Below are positions 20,805-30,327 of a DNA stretch of 58,939 nucleotides, piece after piece (the first letter of the stretch is position 1; every line of letters begins with the position of its first letter). Below the pieces are notes generated by a model that saw only the letters and a list, made by a program, of their open reading frames with translations, was not told the DNA's origin and searched no databases. This DNA is from a bacterium (lineage in GTDB: Bacteria; Bacillota_I; Bacilli_A; RF39; UBA660). A program made the position numbers and the translations under genes. The DNA is taken from contig RKAV01000041.1 of the NCBI GenBank assembly GCA_014846175.1, forward strand, positions 1 through 58,939. The letters run 5' to 3'.

Positions 20805-22557
20805 TTTCTAACTCCTCCTTTGATAATTGTGATAAAGCTATTTGCTTATAAACATCACAATTTTTTAATAATTCCTTATGAGTCCCCATTCCGACACAAT
20901 GTCCATTATCAAGAACAAGTATCTTATCGGCATTCATAATTGTACCTATTCTTTGAGCTACTATTAAACTAGTAGCATCTTTTGTATAATTCTTTAACTC
21001 TTTTCTTAAAATATAATCTGTTTTATAATCAAGAGCTGAAAATGAATCATCAAAGATATAAATTTCTGGATCTCTTGCAACTGCTCTTGCGATTGATAAA
21101 CGTTGCTTTTGACCTCCTGATACATTAGTTCCTCCTTGAGCGATTGAGGCATTATAAGTATTGTCCATTTTGGTAACAAACTCTTCTGCTTGAGCTACTT
21201 TAACAGCTTCTTTTATCTTCTTAGTAGTAATTTCTCCTTTTCCATTATCACCAAAAGAAATATTACTACTAACACTACCATGGAAAAGAGTAGCTTTTTG
21301 TGAAACATAACTAATCTTATTACGAAGTGAAGTTTGTTTATAATCTTTAACATTAACACCATCTACTAATACTTCACCATCAGTAGCATCATAAAATCTT
21401 GGTATTAAGTTAATAAGTGAACTTTTTCCACTTCCTGTTGAACCGATGAAAGCTACTGTTTCTCCCTTATTAGCTTTAAAAGAAATATCTCTTAGCAAGT
21501 ATTCTTCTGCATCTGGATACTTAAAAGAAACATTTTTAAACTCTACCGTACCAGTTTCTTCAGTAGCACCAGTGAAACTTCCATCTTGAATACTTAATTC
21601 TGTATCTAAAACTTCATTAATTCTTTTAGCGGAAACACTTGCTCTTGGTAACATCATAAATATCATAGCAAGCATTAAAAATGACATAATAACTTGCATT
21701 GAATAACTTGAAAATACTACCATATCAGAAAATAAACTTAACTTATCAGCCATTAAAGCTTTATTAATCAAATCTGCTCCAATAAAGTAAATACTAAGTG
21801 TTAAGAAATACATTACTAAATACATAACTGGTTGCATAATAGAAAAAGCCTTTTGATTAAATAATTGCATATTAGTCAATTCATCATTAACATTAGCAAA
21901 TTTATCTTCTTGATACTTTTCGGCATTAAAAGCTCTAACTACCCTAATACCAGTTAAATTTTCACGTGTTACCCCATTTAATTTATCAGTAAGTTTTTGT
22001 ACCTTTTTAAATCTTGGCATAACAACTCCTAATAAAATTAAGATAGTAACTAACAAAATAATTACTGCTATTGCTGTAACTGCACTCCAAGTAATGTTTT
22101 TATTAAGAATTTTAGTAACTGCCCAAATAGCAGTAATTGGAGCTTTTATTAATAATTGTAACCCCATTGAAATAAACATTTGAATTTGTGTTATATCATT
22201 TGTTGTACGTGTAATTAAACTACTAGTAGAAAAGTTTTTAACTTCAGCAATTCCTAAGTTCTCTACTTTATCAAATAACTTTTTTCTAATAGTTTTAGAA
22301 AAACTTGCTGATACATTAGAAGCTATATAACCAACTAAAATTGCTGATAATAAACTTCCAAAAGCACAAAGCAACATATAACCACCATTTTGCAAGATGG
22401 CACTCATTTTACTTCCTTCTGTTTGTACAAGTTTTGTAATTTCTGACATATAATCAGGTAATTTCAAATCTAACCAAACTTGTACTAAGATAAAGATTAA
22501 GGAAATAAAGATTAATAAGTAATCTTTTTTAGTAAAATTTTTAAACAGTTTAAACAT
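20797..22557 (-). CDS. ABC exporter, fused permease/ATPase (heterodimer subunit A)
   Basis: Walker A GSTGSGKSS, signature VSGGQKQRL, Walker B IFDDSFSALD. Confidence 0.9.
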   Translation of the reverse strand: MFKLFKNFTKKDYLLIFISLIFILVQVWLDLKLPDYMSEITKLVQTEGSKMSAILQNGGYMLLCAFGSLLSAILVGYIASNVSASFSKTIRKKLFDKVENLGIAEVKNFSTSSLITRTTNDITQIQMFISMGLQLLIKAPITAIWAVTKILNKNITWSAVTAIAVIILLVTILILLGVVMPRFKKVQKLTDKLNGVTRENLTGIRVVRAFNAEKYQEDKFANVNDELTNMQLFNQKAFSIMQPVMYLVMYFLTLSIYFIGADLINKALMADKLSLFSDMVVFSSYSMQVIMSFLMLAMIFMMLPRASVSAKRINEVLDTELSIQDGSFTGATEETGTVEFKNVSFKYPDAEEYLLRDISFKANKGETVAFIGSTGSGKSSLINLIPRFYDATDGEVLVDGVNVKDYKQTSLRNKISYVSQKATLFHGSVSSNISFGDNGKGEITTKKIKEAVKVAQAEEFVTKMDNTYNASIAQGGTNVSGGQKQRLSIARAVARDPEIYIFDDSFSALDYKTDYILRKELKNYTKDATSLIVAQRIGTIMNADKILVLDNGHCVGMGTHKELLKNCDVYKQIALSQLSKEELENA

Positions 22558-22559
22558 TT

Positions 22560-23243
22560 TTAATCATCCCTTCTTCCAAATATCATAATAAGTCTTATTA
22601 GTTCTAATAAAGTTGTCAATATACTAGCAACATAGGTTAAGGCAGCTGCCGTTAACATAACCTTTCCATCAACTAATTCTTTACTAGTAAAGAAATGAGC
22701 ATAATCAAGTTCTTTTAAAGCTCTTCTACTAGCATCTATTTCTACTGGTAAAGTTATTATTTGAAAGAATAAAATTACCATTTCAAGAATTATTCCTAGC
22801 CATACTAAACTAAATGATGAAAATAAACAACCAAAAACAATAGCAAAATAACCAAACTTAGACGAAAAATTAACAACTGGTATTAACTTATTCCTAAATC
22901 TTAAGAAAAAGTACCCTTCTTTATCTTGAATAGCATGACCACATTCATGGCATGCTACTGCTACACTAGCAATAGATGCTTCATCATAGTTAGTTTTTGA
23001 TAATCTGATAACTTTATTAGTAGGATCATAATGATCTGTTAAAAAACCATTAGTCCTCTCTATTTTTATATCAGAAAGACCATTTTTATCAAGTAAATAT
23101 CTTGCTGCTTCGCGTCCTGTCATTCCTCTTTTATTAGAAATCTTTTCATACTTCTTATAAGATGATGTTACAAAGACTTCTGCTAAAAAGGTAATAACTA
23201 CTCCAATAATAGTTAAACCATAAAGAATAAAAAAATTATCCAT
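22560..23243 (-). CDS. Membrane zinc metallopeptidase, YugP-like (Zn_peptidase_2)
   Basis: HECGHAIQ HExxH motif flanked by TM segments, about 227 aa. Confidence 0.8.
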   Translation of the reverse strand: MDNFFILYGLTIIGVVITFLAEVFVTSSYKKYEKISNKRGMTGREAARYLLDKNGLSDIKIERTNGFLTDHYDPTNKVIRLSKTNYDEASIASVAVACHECGHAIQDKEGYFFLRFRNKLIPVVNFSSKFGYFAIVFGCLFSSFSLVWLGIILEMVILFFQIITLPVEIDASRRALKELDYAHFFTSKELVDGKVMLTAAALTYVASILTTLLELIRLIMIFGRRDD

Positions 23244-23340
23244 TAACTAATCACCTCGGATAATATTTTACTATATATTTTTTATTATTTAATAATTAAA
23301 TTATTAAAAATTATTAAGAAAAGAAGAAGTTAATCTTCTC

Positions 23341-24582
23341 CTACAAATTCTTAGATATACTAAAATCAATATTAAAACCATTATCATTATAACCAGTTAT
23401 ACTTCCTTCATGCATTAAAACAAACTCTTTACAAATAGAAAGACCAAGTCCTGATATTTTTCTTGAATTATCAGTTGTAAAAAGTGGTTCAAATATTTTA
23501 TCAATTATCTTCTCATCTACCCCTTGACCATTATCTTTAAAGTGGAAAAAGAAGTTATCTTTATCACTAGTTATTTCTATTAATATGCACCCATTTTCAT
23601 TTAAATAACGCATACTATTAGATATTAAATTAGAAATTATTCGTTTAAACTTCACTATATCTAATTTAATAATTTCCTTTTCAATATTAGTTTTAATCAC
23701 TAATTCTACACCATTATTCATTAATTCTAATTTATAATCTTTTTCTATTTCTTCTACTAAATCTTTAATTTTAATTGCTGTAAGTTTTAGTTTTTGTCCT
23801 TTTTGATTAATTAAATAATCATCAAAAGTTGCTAAGACATTTTTTAAATGAAGGGCTTTCCCATATATCTTCTGATTATATTTTTTTATTTCTTCTTTTG
23901 TTAAATTATCTTCTTCTATTAAATCAGAATACCCAATAATAGAAGTTAAAGGAGTTTTTATATCATGTGAGATACTTGCTATTATTCTATTTTGTTCTTT
24001 CTTTTCTTCTTCTAAAGAATCAACTAATGCCACAAACTCATTTTGAATTAAAGCAAATTCATTTTCAGTGGGAACTGCTTCTGGTTTCTTTCCAAATTTA
24101 TAATTTCTTATTGCTTCTATTATTTTATTAACAGGTTTAATTATCTTATCACGAGCAAATAAAAATACTAAAAGCATACAGATAGTAAGTAGAATAGATT
24201 GAAGAACTAACAATTCAAGAATTAATCTTAAAATACTCATATTTTTATAAAAATAAGCACTAACTATATAGGGTTCATTATCTATAAAAACCTTTTTGGA
24301 AAACAAATATAAATCTTGTTTATCTTTGTTTATTTTTTCTTTTTCAATACTAAAAGTTATTTCTTTCTCTTTTTTTATCTTATCTAGAGCAATTATTAAA
24401 TCATCAAAGGACTGATAATTATCTTTTATCTCTTTAGTTACTATTTCTTTTTTTAAGTATCTTTTTTTATTAACCATTGGTTCTACATTACATAAAAACC
24501 AAAGAGCAAGTGTGAAGATATTAACTGTTGTAATAAATATTAAAGCAATAAGTATTTTTTTACTAATTGATTTCTTTTTCAT
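23341..24582 (-). CDS. Sensor histidine kinase
   Basis: Two TM segments, H-box SISHDIKTPLTSI, N-box LISNSMRY, G-boxes DNGQGV and GLGLSICKE. Confidence 0.85.
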   Translation of the reverse strand: MKKKSISKKILIALIFITTVNIFTLALWFLCNVEPMVNKKRYLKKEIVTKEIKDNYQSFDDLIIALDKIKKEKEITFSIEKEKINKDKQDLYLFSKKVFIDNEPYIVSAYFYKNMSILRLILELLVLQSILLTICMLLVFLFARDKIIKPVNKIIEAIRNYKFGKKPEAVPTENEFALIQNEFVALVDSLEEEKKEQNRIIASISHDIKTPLTSIIGYSDLIEEDNLTKEEIKKYNQKIYGKALHLKNVLATFDDYLINQKGQKLKLTAIKIKDLVEEIEKDYKLELMNNGVELVIKTNIEKEIIKLDIVKFKRIISNLISNSMRYLNENGCILIEITSDKDNFFFHFKDNGQGVDEKIIDKIFEPLFTTDNSRKISGLGLSICKEFVLMHEGSITGYNDNGFNIDFSISKNL

Positions 24583-24586
24583 TTAA

Positions 24587-25261
24587 CTAACTCCTCGCAA
24601 ACTTATATCCATATCCCCAAATGGTTATTATATATTGGTTAGTTGAATCTAATTTTTCTCTTAAGTTTTTAATATTAACTGCTACTATGCCAATATCACC
24701 ATAACTACTACCCCAAACTTTTTCAAATATTTGTTCTTTTGATAGAGCAATACCTGCATTTTCCATTAAATAAGTTAATAGTTCAAACTCTCTAGTTGAT
24801 ACTTCTACTCTCTTATTATTCTTATAGACTTCAAAGCTTTCTTTATTGATACTTATCTCTCCAATAGTAATAATATTTTTACTTATTTTATTTCTGGATT
24901 GAAGTCTTAGGTGAGATTTTATTTTTAATATTAATTCAGTGTTATCAAATGGTTTAGTAATATAATCATCTCCCCCAATTTCATAACCAACCATTTTATC
25001 AACTAATTCTTTTTTAGCTGATAGAAAAACAATAGGACAAGTAACTTTATCTCTTATTTTAATACATAACTCTGTTCCACTAATATTCGGCATCATTATA
25101 TCAAGAAGTATTAAATCATAATTAGTTTTTCCTTCTTCTATTTTAGTTAGTGCTTCTAAAGAATCATTTATTATTTCTGAATCTATCTTTTCTTTTCTTA
25201 ATATTAAAGCTACTAACTCTGCTATATCTTTATCATCATCTATTATTAATATTTTCGGCAT
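24587..25261 (-). CDS. OmpR-family response regulator
   Basis: Receiver domain (DD..., LLDIMMP, K) with a winged-helix C-terminus (WGYGYKF). Confidence 0.9.
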   Translation of the reverse strand: MPKILIIDDDKDIAELVALILRKEKIDSEIINDSLEALTKIEEGKTNYDLILLDIMMPNISGTELCIKIRDKVTCPIVFLSAKKELVDKMVGYEIGGDDYITKPFDNTELILKIKSHLRLQSRNKISKNIITIGEISINKESFEVYKNNKRVEVSTREFELLTYLMENAGIALSKEQIFEKVWGSSYGDIGIVAVNIKNLREKLDSTNQYIITIWGYGYKFARS

Positions 25262-25375
25262 CTAATCACTTCTTTCTTGCAATTTATTATATCAAATAAT
25301 AGAATTTTTAAGTTAATTTCTTTGCTTTTTGACTATTTTTTTCATATAATAGTTAGCACAAGGAGAAAAGATAAT

Positions 25376-26125
25376 ATGATTAATGAACTAAAAGAAAACA
25401 AACACTTAAATAGATTAGAATTTTTAACTTTAACTAAAAATTATTTAACAACTTATCTTGCTTCACTTACTAAGCCTGAGGAAAAAGATAATAGAAAAGT
25501 TTTACTATCTTCTTTAAAAGAATATTTACTAATAACTAAAGAAGAAAATTCTTATCTTTCTTATATTATTAATAATTTTGATAATATCAAAGATACTGAA
25601 GCATTAGAAAATATAATAATGGAAATTAACTTTTTAAATGAAACCACTTTTAAACATTATAATTCTTTAGGTGAGGAGTATTTAACAGCTTTAGAAGATG
25701 GAAGTAGTTATACTTTTCCTGAAAAGAAATTTTCATCTATCACACATGATAAATCAATCGTTCAAGAAGTTGTCGGTCTTACACTTACAAAGGAAGATTT
25801 AATTAACTATTATCATCAATATGATGCTATTTATTATTTGATGGATCATTCTAAGACCATTGATGTTGATTTTAAAAAAGGCATTGATTTCTATGGATGT
25901 TATCCATATGTAGAAAATGATATTCTAAAGGAAATAAATATCTGTGTACCAAAAATTAAGAATCTTACAACTATGAAAATAAACATACATGAATATAAAC
26001 ATGGTATAGATTTATACCCTTATTTAGGAAAGTCTTATATTGAACAAGATTATGAAGTGCTAGCAAGAAATGAAGAGATTAATTTTCAAAAAACTTTATC
26101 ATTAAAAAAAGGAAAAGTTAAATAA
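25376..26125 (+). CDS. Hypothetical protein with C-terminal HExxH motif
   Basis: The ATG at 25376 follows an AAGGAGAAAAG RBS; the track start at 25277 is unlikely. HEYKHGID is followed by EQDYE, a minimal gluzincin-like signature. Confidence 0.55.
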   Translation: MINELKENKHLNRLEFLTLTKNYLTTYLASLTKPEEKDNRKVLLSSLKEYLLITKEENSYLSYIINNFDNIKDTEALENIIMEINFLNETTFKHYNSLGEEYLTALEDGSSYTFPEKKFSSITHDKSIVQEVVGLTLTKEDLINYYHQYDAIYYLMDHSKTIDVDFKKGIDFYGCYPYVENDILKEINICVPKIKNLTTMKINIHEYKHGIDLYPYLGKSYIEQDYEVLARNEEINFQKTLSLKKGKVK

Positions 26126-26143
26126 TGCTTTTCCTATTTTTTT
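26110..26143. terminator. Bidirectional terminator containing both convergent stop codons
   Basis: Stem AGGAAAAG (26110..26117) / CTTTTCCT (26128..26135), with an A7 run before and a T7 run after. TAA at 26123..26125 lies in the loop; the minus-strand TAG at 26134..26136 straddles the 3-prime arm. Confidence 0.55.
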
Positions 26144-27720
26144 ACTAAAACTTTTTCTTTTTCTACTGTTTTATAATTAGCAGGGTTATCCAATGTTTCT
26201 TTAGATACTATTACTTCTTTATATTTTCCTTTATTAATAACTACATCATCATAAGCCATCCATGTACTTTCTAAAGTTAGACCTGCTAGACCTCTTGCTC
26301 CATATTTTAATTCATAAGCCTTATTAGCAATAGCATCTATATAACTATCAGTAGCAGTTAGTTTTACTCCTACTTTTTGAAAATGAGTTTGTTCCTTTTT
26401 TAAAGGTGATTCCAAAGACTTAGTATATACATCCTTTAAATCTTCTTTACTTAAATCATTTAAATGAATAATAGTTGGAAATCTTCCCATAAATTCTCTT
26501 GGCATACCTACACTATAAAAGTCTTCTATTGAAGGAGTATTATTTTTGCTTTCTTCTTTAGTTTTAAATCCTACTGATTCTTTCCTATTATTAAATTTCT
26601 CATAAAGGTCAGCAAATGCTCCTCCTGCTAATACTATCATTTTAGATGTATCAATATTAACACTATTAGCTAGATATGGATGCTGAATATCACTTGTAGC
26701 ATTATAAGTAGTACCATCTAAAAACTTTAATAATGTATTTAAAACTCCTTGGCCTGCTACATCAGATTTAGAATCTGATCCTTTTTTATCTATTTCATCA
26801 AAATAGATTATTGCATGTTCTGTTTTTTCGATATATCTATCACAATTAACATAAAGATCCCATAAATATTCTTCAATATTTTTACCTACATAACCAGGCA
26901 TAGTTAATTGTGTAGAATCAATTATCATAAATGGCAAATCTAACTGTTCTGCTGCTAAACTTAATAATTTAGTTTTACCAACACCAGTTGCTCCTGTTAT
27001 TAAAATACCTGGTCTATTCTTCTTTAATTCATCATCTGTATCAGATAATTTTCTAGTAAGTTCTACAAGTAATCTTCTAGTAGGTGCATCTTGTGCTATT
27101 AATACTTTCGTTATCTCCTTATATATCTTGTTAATATCTATAATATTATTTGAAGATACAACTTCTTGCTCTGATAATTTTTCATCAATCATTTTAGTTA
27201 TTTCATCATACTTTTCTCTATCATTATTAATGCTATCTCTTAGAATTTTTAACTGACTAGCTGTATATCTATCATTTTTTACATCTTCTACTAATAAATC
27301 AAACTCTTCTTTTTGAGTTAATTTTTTGTTTTCAATTGGTTTAGCATTTTCATAATCTATTCCTTGATTACTAAAATCAACTATAAAGTAAGCTGGTTTT
27401 CCATCAACTACACTTACAAAGTAAGCAAAATTACTTATATACTTTCCATAATCATAAATAGCTTCGTATACATCAATATCACCATAACATTCTCTTAATT
27501 CTTTCCGTGTAACAATCTTATTATAAGCATACGGTATTTCTGATGTTAACTGACAGGTATCAAGCATAGAACAATATTCTTCTTCATCAGCATCATCAGT
27601 GAATATTCCTGTTTTTTCATCATAACTACCCGTGACAGCTCTTAAAGGACTAAAAACAAAAGTATTCTTTCCAATATAATGTCTTGCTAAAATTACTGTA
27701 ACATAAAAATCTTCTTCCAT
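26134..27720 (-). CDS. ClpX-like AAA+ unfoldase paralogue with a non-canonical N-terminal domain
   Basis: It aligns by eye to ClpX: GATGVGKT, pore loop PGYVG, YFDEIDK, IDTSKMIVLAGGAF, VGF (IGF-loop position), REFMGRFP, GARGL. The first ~200 aa have no C4 zinc finger. Confidence 0.85.
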   Translation of the reverse strand: MEEDFYVTVILARHYIGKNTFVFSPLRAVTGSYDEKTGIFTDDADEEEYCSMLDTCQLTSEIPYAYNKIVTRKELRECYGDIDVYEAIYDYGKYISNFAYFVSVVDGKPAYFIVDFSNQGIDYENAKPIENKKLTQKEEFDLLVEDVKNDRYTASQLKILRDSINNDREKYDEITKMIDEKLSEQEVVSSNNIIDINKIYKEITKVLIAQDAPTRRLLVELTRKLSDTDDELKKNRPGILITGATGVGKTKLLSLAAEQLDLPFMIIDSTQLTMPGYVGKNIEEYLWDLYVNCDRYIEKTEHAIIYFDEIDKKGSDSKSDVAGQGVLNTLLKFLDGTTYNATSDIQHPYLANSVNIDTSKMIVLAGGAFADLYEKFNNRKESVGFKTKEESKNNTPSIEDFYSVGMPREFMGRFPTIIHLNDLSKEDLKDVYTKSLESPLKKEQTHFQKVGVKLTATDSYIDAIANKAYELKYGARGLAGLTLESTWMAYDDVVINKGKYKEVIVSKETLDNPANYKTVEKEKVLVKK

Positions 27721-27917
27721 AACATATCCCCCATTGCATTAAAGAACTACTTTCATAGTAACTCTTATTTCTTATTATAAATAGTTATTAGGTAAATTGC
27801 AAAACTTTTCGTAAATATTAATCTTTATTAGCATAAAATAACAATATAGGTAACTACCTACACAAATAAGTATTATCAGAATACCTTATATTAGATAATA
27901 GATAAGAGGTGGATAAA

Positions 27918-28322
27918 ATGAATACAAAGGAAAACTGTTGTTTTTCTAAACTATTAAAAGTAATTGATATTTTACAGAAAAACTCTTGTGGAGAACTTTG
28001 TAATGAAGAATCATGTACTAGACCATTCTTAGGAGGAAGTCCTACTATCATTTGTTATAATACAAGACCTGTAACTTTTTACACTTGTAATGGTAGTATA
28101 TTTACAGCAAGTTATCAAGTTGGAGGTAATAATAAAACATCCAGTGTTTTTAGAGTAGAAAGTGTAGATGGCTGTTGTGTAAAATGTAGAATATTAGAGA
28201 GTAATCCTGATCAAAGTGATTTAACAAGAAGTTATCTAGCAACTAATCAATTTATAACTATTAATTTAAACTGTATTTGTGTCATTAGCTGTCTTGCTGA
28301 TATTATCATTGATAGTTTATAA
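27918..28322 (+). CDS. Cys-rich spore coat/exosporium protein, CotY/CotZ/ExsY family (paralogue 1)
   Basis: The pattern C..L..I..LQ....C.....C..P.LG......YNTRP...Y...SSVFRVE..DGCC.KCR.L....T..F.TINL.C.C.I.CL.D matches B. subtilis CotZ/CotY. The ATG at 27918 follows an AGAGGTGG RBS. Confidence 0.75.
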   Translation: MNTKENCCFSKLLKVIDILQKNSCGELCNEESCTRPFLGGSPTIICYNTRPVTFYTCNGSIFTASYQVGGNNKTSSVFRVESVDGCCVKCRILESNPDQSDLTRSYLATNQFITINLNCICVISCLADIIIDSL

Positions 28323-28339
28323 AAGAAAGGAAAGATATT

Positions 28340-28753
28340 ATGTGTTTTAATCAAGACGATTCTAAAAGAACCTGCTTAACAAACATTTTAGATACTATTC
28401 TTTGCTTACAGGAAAAGAAAGATTCTTGTTGTGAAGAAGGTGGTTGTGATAAACCATATTTAGGACCTACACCTAATCTTGTTTGTTATAACACTAGACC
28501 AATCAATTTCTATAATTGTATGAGTGGAACACTTTGGACTTTTCCTTATACTTTAGGAGAAACAAGTAATACCTCAAGCGTCTTTAGAGTTGAAAATATG
28601 GAAGATAATTGTTGCACTTGTAGAGTTCTTGCCCCTAACCCCGTAGTAAATAGTGAAGAACCTTATCTTAGTACTAATTCCTTTTTTACCATTAATCTAG
28701 ATTGTGTTTCAGCAATAAAATGTTTAGCAGATACTTTTGTAAGTGGAGTTTAA
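28340..28753 (+). CDS. Cys-rich spore coat/exosporium protein, CotY/CotZ/ExsY family (paralogue 2)
   Basis: It has the same motif skeleton as the upstream gene (YNTRP, SSVFRVEN, CCTCRVL, FTINLDC...KCLAD) and lies 17 nt downstream of it. Confidence 0.75.
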   Translation: MCFNQDDSKRTCLTNILDTILCLQEKKDSCCEEGGCDKPYLGPTPNLVCYNTRPINFYNCMSGTLWTFPYTLGETSNTSSVFRVENMEDNCCTCRVLAPNPVVNSEEPYLSTNSFFTINLDCVSAIKCLADTFVSGV

Positions 28754-28759
28754 AAAAGG

Positions 28760-28787
28760 CTTCATCATGATTGATGAAGTTTTTTTA
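28760..28787. terminator. Terminator after the cotZ-like pair (overlaps the 3-prime end of the convergent ORF)
   Basis: Stem CTTCATCA / TGATGAAG with loop TGAT, followed by T8. Confidence 0.6.
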
Positions 28788-29088
28788 TTTCTAGTGATGT
28801 AATTGTTGCTATAGGAATAATTTCATTATCTAAAGTTATGATATTACTACCCATCCTAGCAGCTAGAAAAGTATTAATAGTTTTTCCAGCAAAAGAAATA
28901 GTAACTGGTATATTAAAAGGATATCCTCTAGTTTTAAAGATTGAATTAATTTTATCTTCAATACTTACTTTATCTATTTTTTCTTCTTCTTTAATAATTG
29001 GTTTCTTTATATTAGATGCCTTATAATAACTAATATTATTACTAGAAACATTACTACTTACCTTAAATATTGGTGGTAAATTCTTCAT
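28765..29088 (-). CDS. Hypothetical 107-aa protein
   Basis: Intact ORF with a GGAGGAG RBS. No recognisable motif. Confidence 0.5.
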   Translation of the reverse strand: MKNLPPIFKVSSNVSSNNISYYKASNIKKPIIKEEEKIDKVSIEDKINSIFKTRGYPFNIPVTISFAGKTINTFLAARMGSNIITLDNEIIPIATITSLEIKKLHQS

Positions 29089-29175
29089 ACTTAGCTCCTC
29101 CTAATTAATTTTATGTTTTTCTTAATAAAACTTGCTAATATTTGATATAATAATAATGGCTTGTGAGGTGAATGT

Positions 29176-30327
29176 ATGTTTAAAAAAAATAAAATAGATT
29201 TTAGTATCTTAGGATTTGTTTTAATGTTCTTTTTAATTAGTGTTATTACTATTAATAGTGCACTTACTTATTTACCAAAAGATGTTGGTAATTTAGCTTT
29301 AAAACAAATAATCTGGTATTTAGCTGGTTTTATTTTAATACTTATAATTTTTAAAGTTAAAAATGAATACTTATATAGGAATGCTTGGTTTTTCTATATA
29401 TTATGTAATTTACTACTATTATGCCTTTTGTTATTTGCACCGGCTATTAATAATAGTAAATGTTGGTTTATTATACCTAAGATTGGTAGTTTTCAGCCTA
29501 GTGAATTTACAAAAATAAGTTTAATGTTAGTACTTGGTAGTATGATTAATAATTTTAGATTAGATTATGAAGAACCTAGTATAAAGGAAGAATTTATTTT
29601 TTTAATAAAGACCTTTATTGTTGTATTAATTCCTAGTATTTTAACTTTTCTAGAACCTGATACAGGTGCTGTTATTATTTATTTTATAATTTATATTGCT
29701 ATGTTATTTGCATCAGGTATTAGATTAAGATGGTTTGCTATTATAGGAAGTATTGCTCTTTTAACAGTAGGATTAGTCTTAGGATGTTACTTTATTAGTG
29801 AAAAGTTATTTGTATCTATCTTTGGTAATAATTTATACTACCGATTTGAAAGAGTATTTAACTGGAAGAGTGGTAATGGATTACAACTTGAAAATGCTCT
29901 TTCTGCTATAGGATCTGCTGGTGTATTTGGACATGGTTATAATAAGACACCTATTTATTTTCCTGAGTCTGGAACAGATTTTATCTTTGCTGTTTTTGCT
30001 AGTAATTTTGGACTTTTAGGTTGTTTTTCACTATTATTATTATTAATATTATTTGATGGTAAATTATTCTTAATTGCTATTAAAAAGATACCTTTAACTG
30101 ATAAATTTGTTTTAGCAGGAATAATTGGAATGCTTATTTTTCAACAAATACAAAATATTGGTATGACTATTGGTCTATTACCAATAACAGGTATTACTCT
30201 TCCTTTTATTAGTTATGGAGGAAGTAGTTTATTATCATATATGATTTTAATTGGAATCATTCTAAATATTAAGGAAGAACATTCTAATTATCAATATAGT
30301 TATAAGAAAAAAGGATTATTTTGCTAA
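29176..30327 (+). CDS. SEDS-family peptidoglycan glycosyltransferase (FtsW/RodA/SpoVE)
   Basis: About 10 TM segments and the C-terminal LPITGITLPFISYGGSS signature. Confidence 0.9.
   Translation: MFKKNKIDFSILGFVLMFFLISVITINSALTYLPKDVGNLALKQIIWYLAGFILILIIFKVKNEYLYRNAWFFYILCNLLLLCLLLFAPAINNSKCWFIIPKIGSFQPSEFTKISLMLVLGSMINNFRLDYEEPSIKEEFIFLIKTFIVVLIPSILTFLEPDTGAVIIYFIIYIAMLFASGIRLRWFAIIGSIALLTVGLVLGCYFISEKLFVSIFGNNLYYRFERVFNWKSGNGLQLENALSAIGSAGVFGHGYNKTPIYFPESGTDFIFAVFASNFGLLGCFSLLLLLILFDGKLFLIAIKKIPLTDKFVLAGIIGMLIFQQIQNIGMTIGLLPITGITLPFISYGGSSLLSYMILIGIILNIKEEHSNYQYSYKKKGLFC

Noticed and set aside
27854-28051. 65-aa minus-strand ORF overlapping the start of the first cotZ-like gene.
   Set aside because: It is antisense to a motif-supported CDS and its RBS, and the translation has no features.
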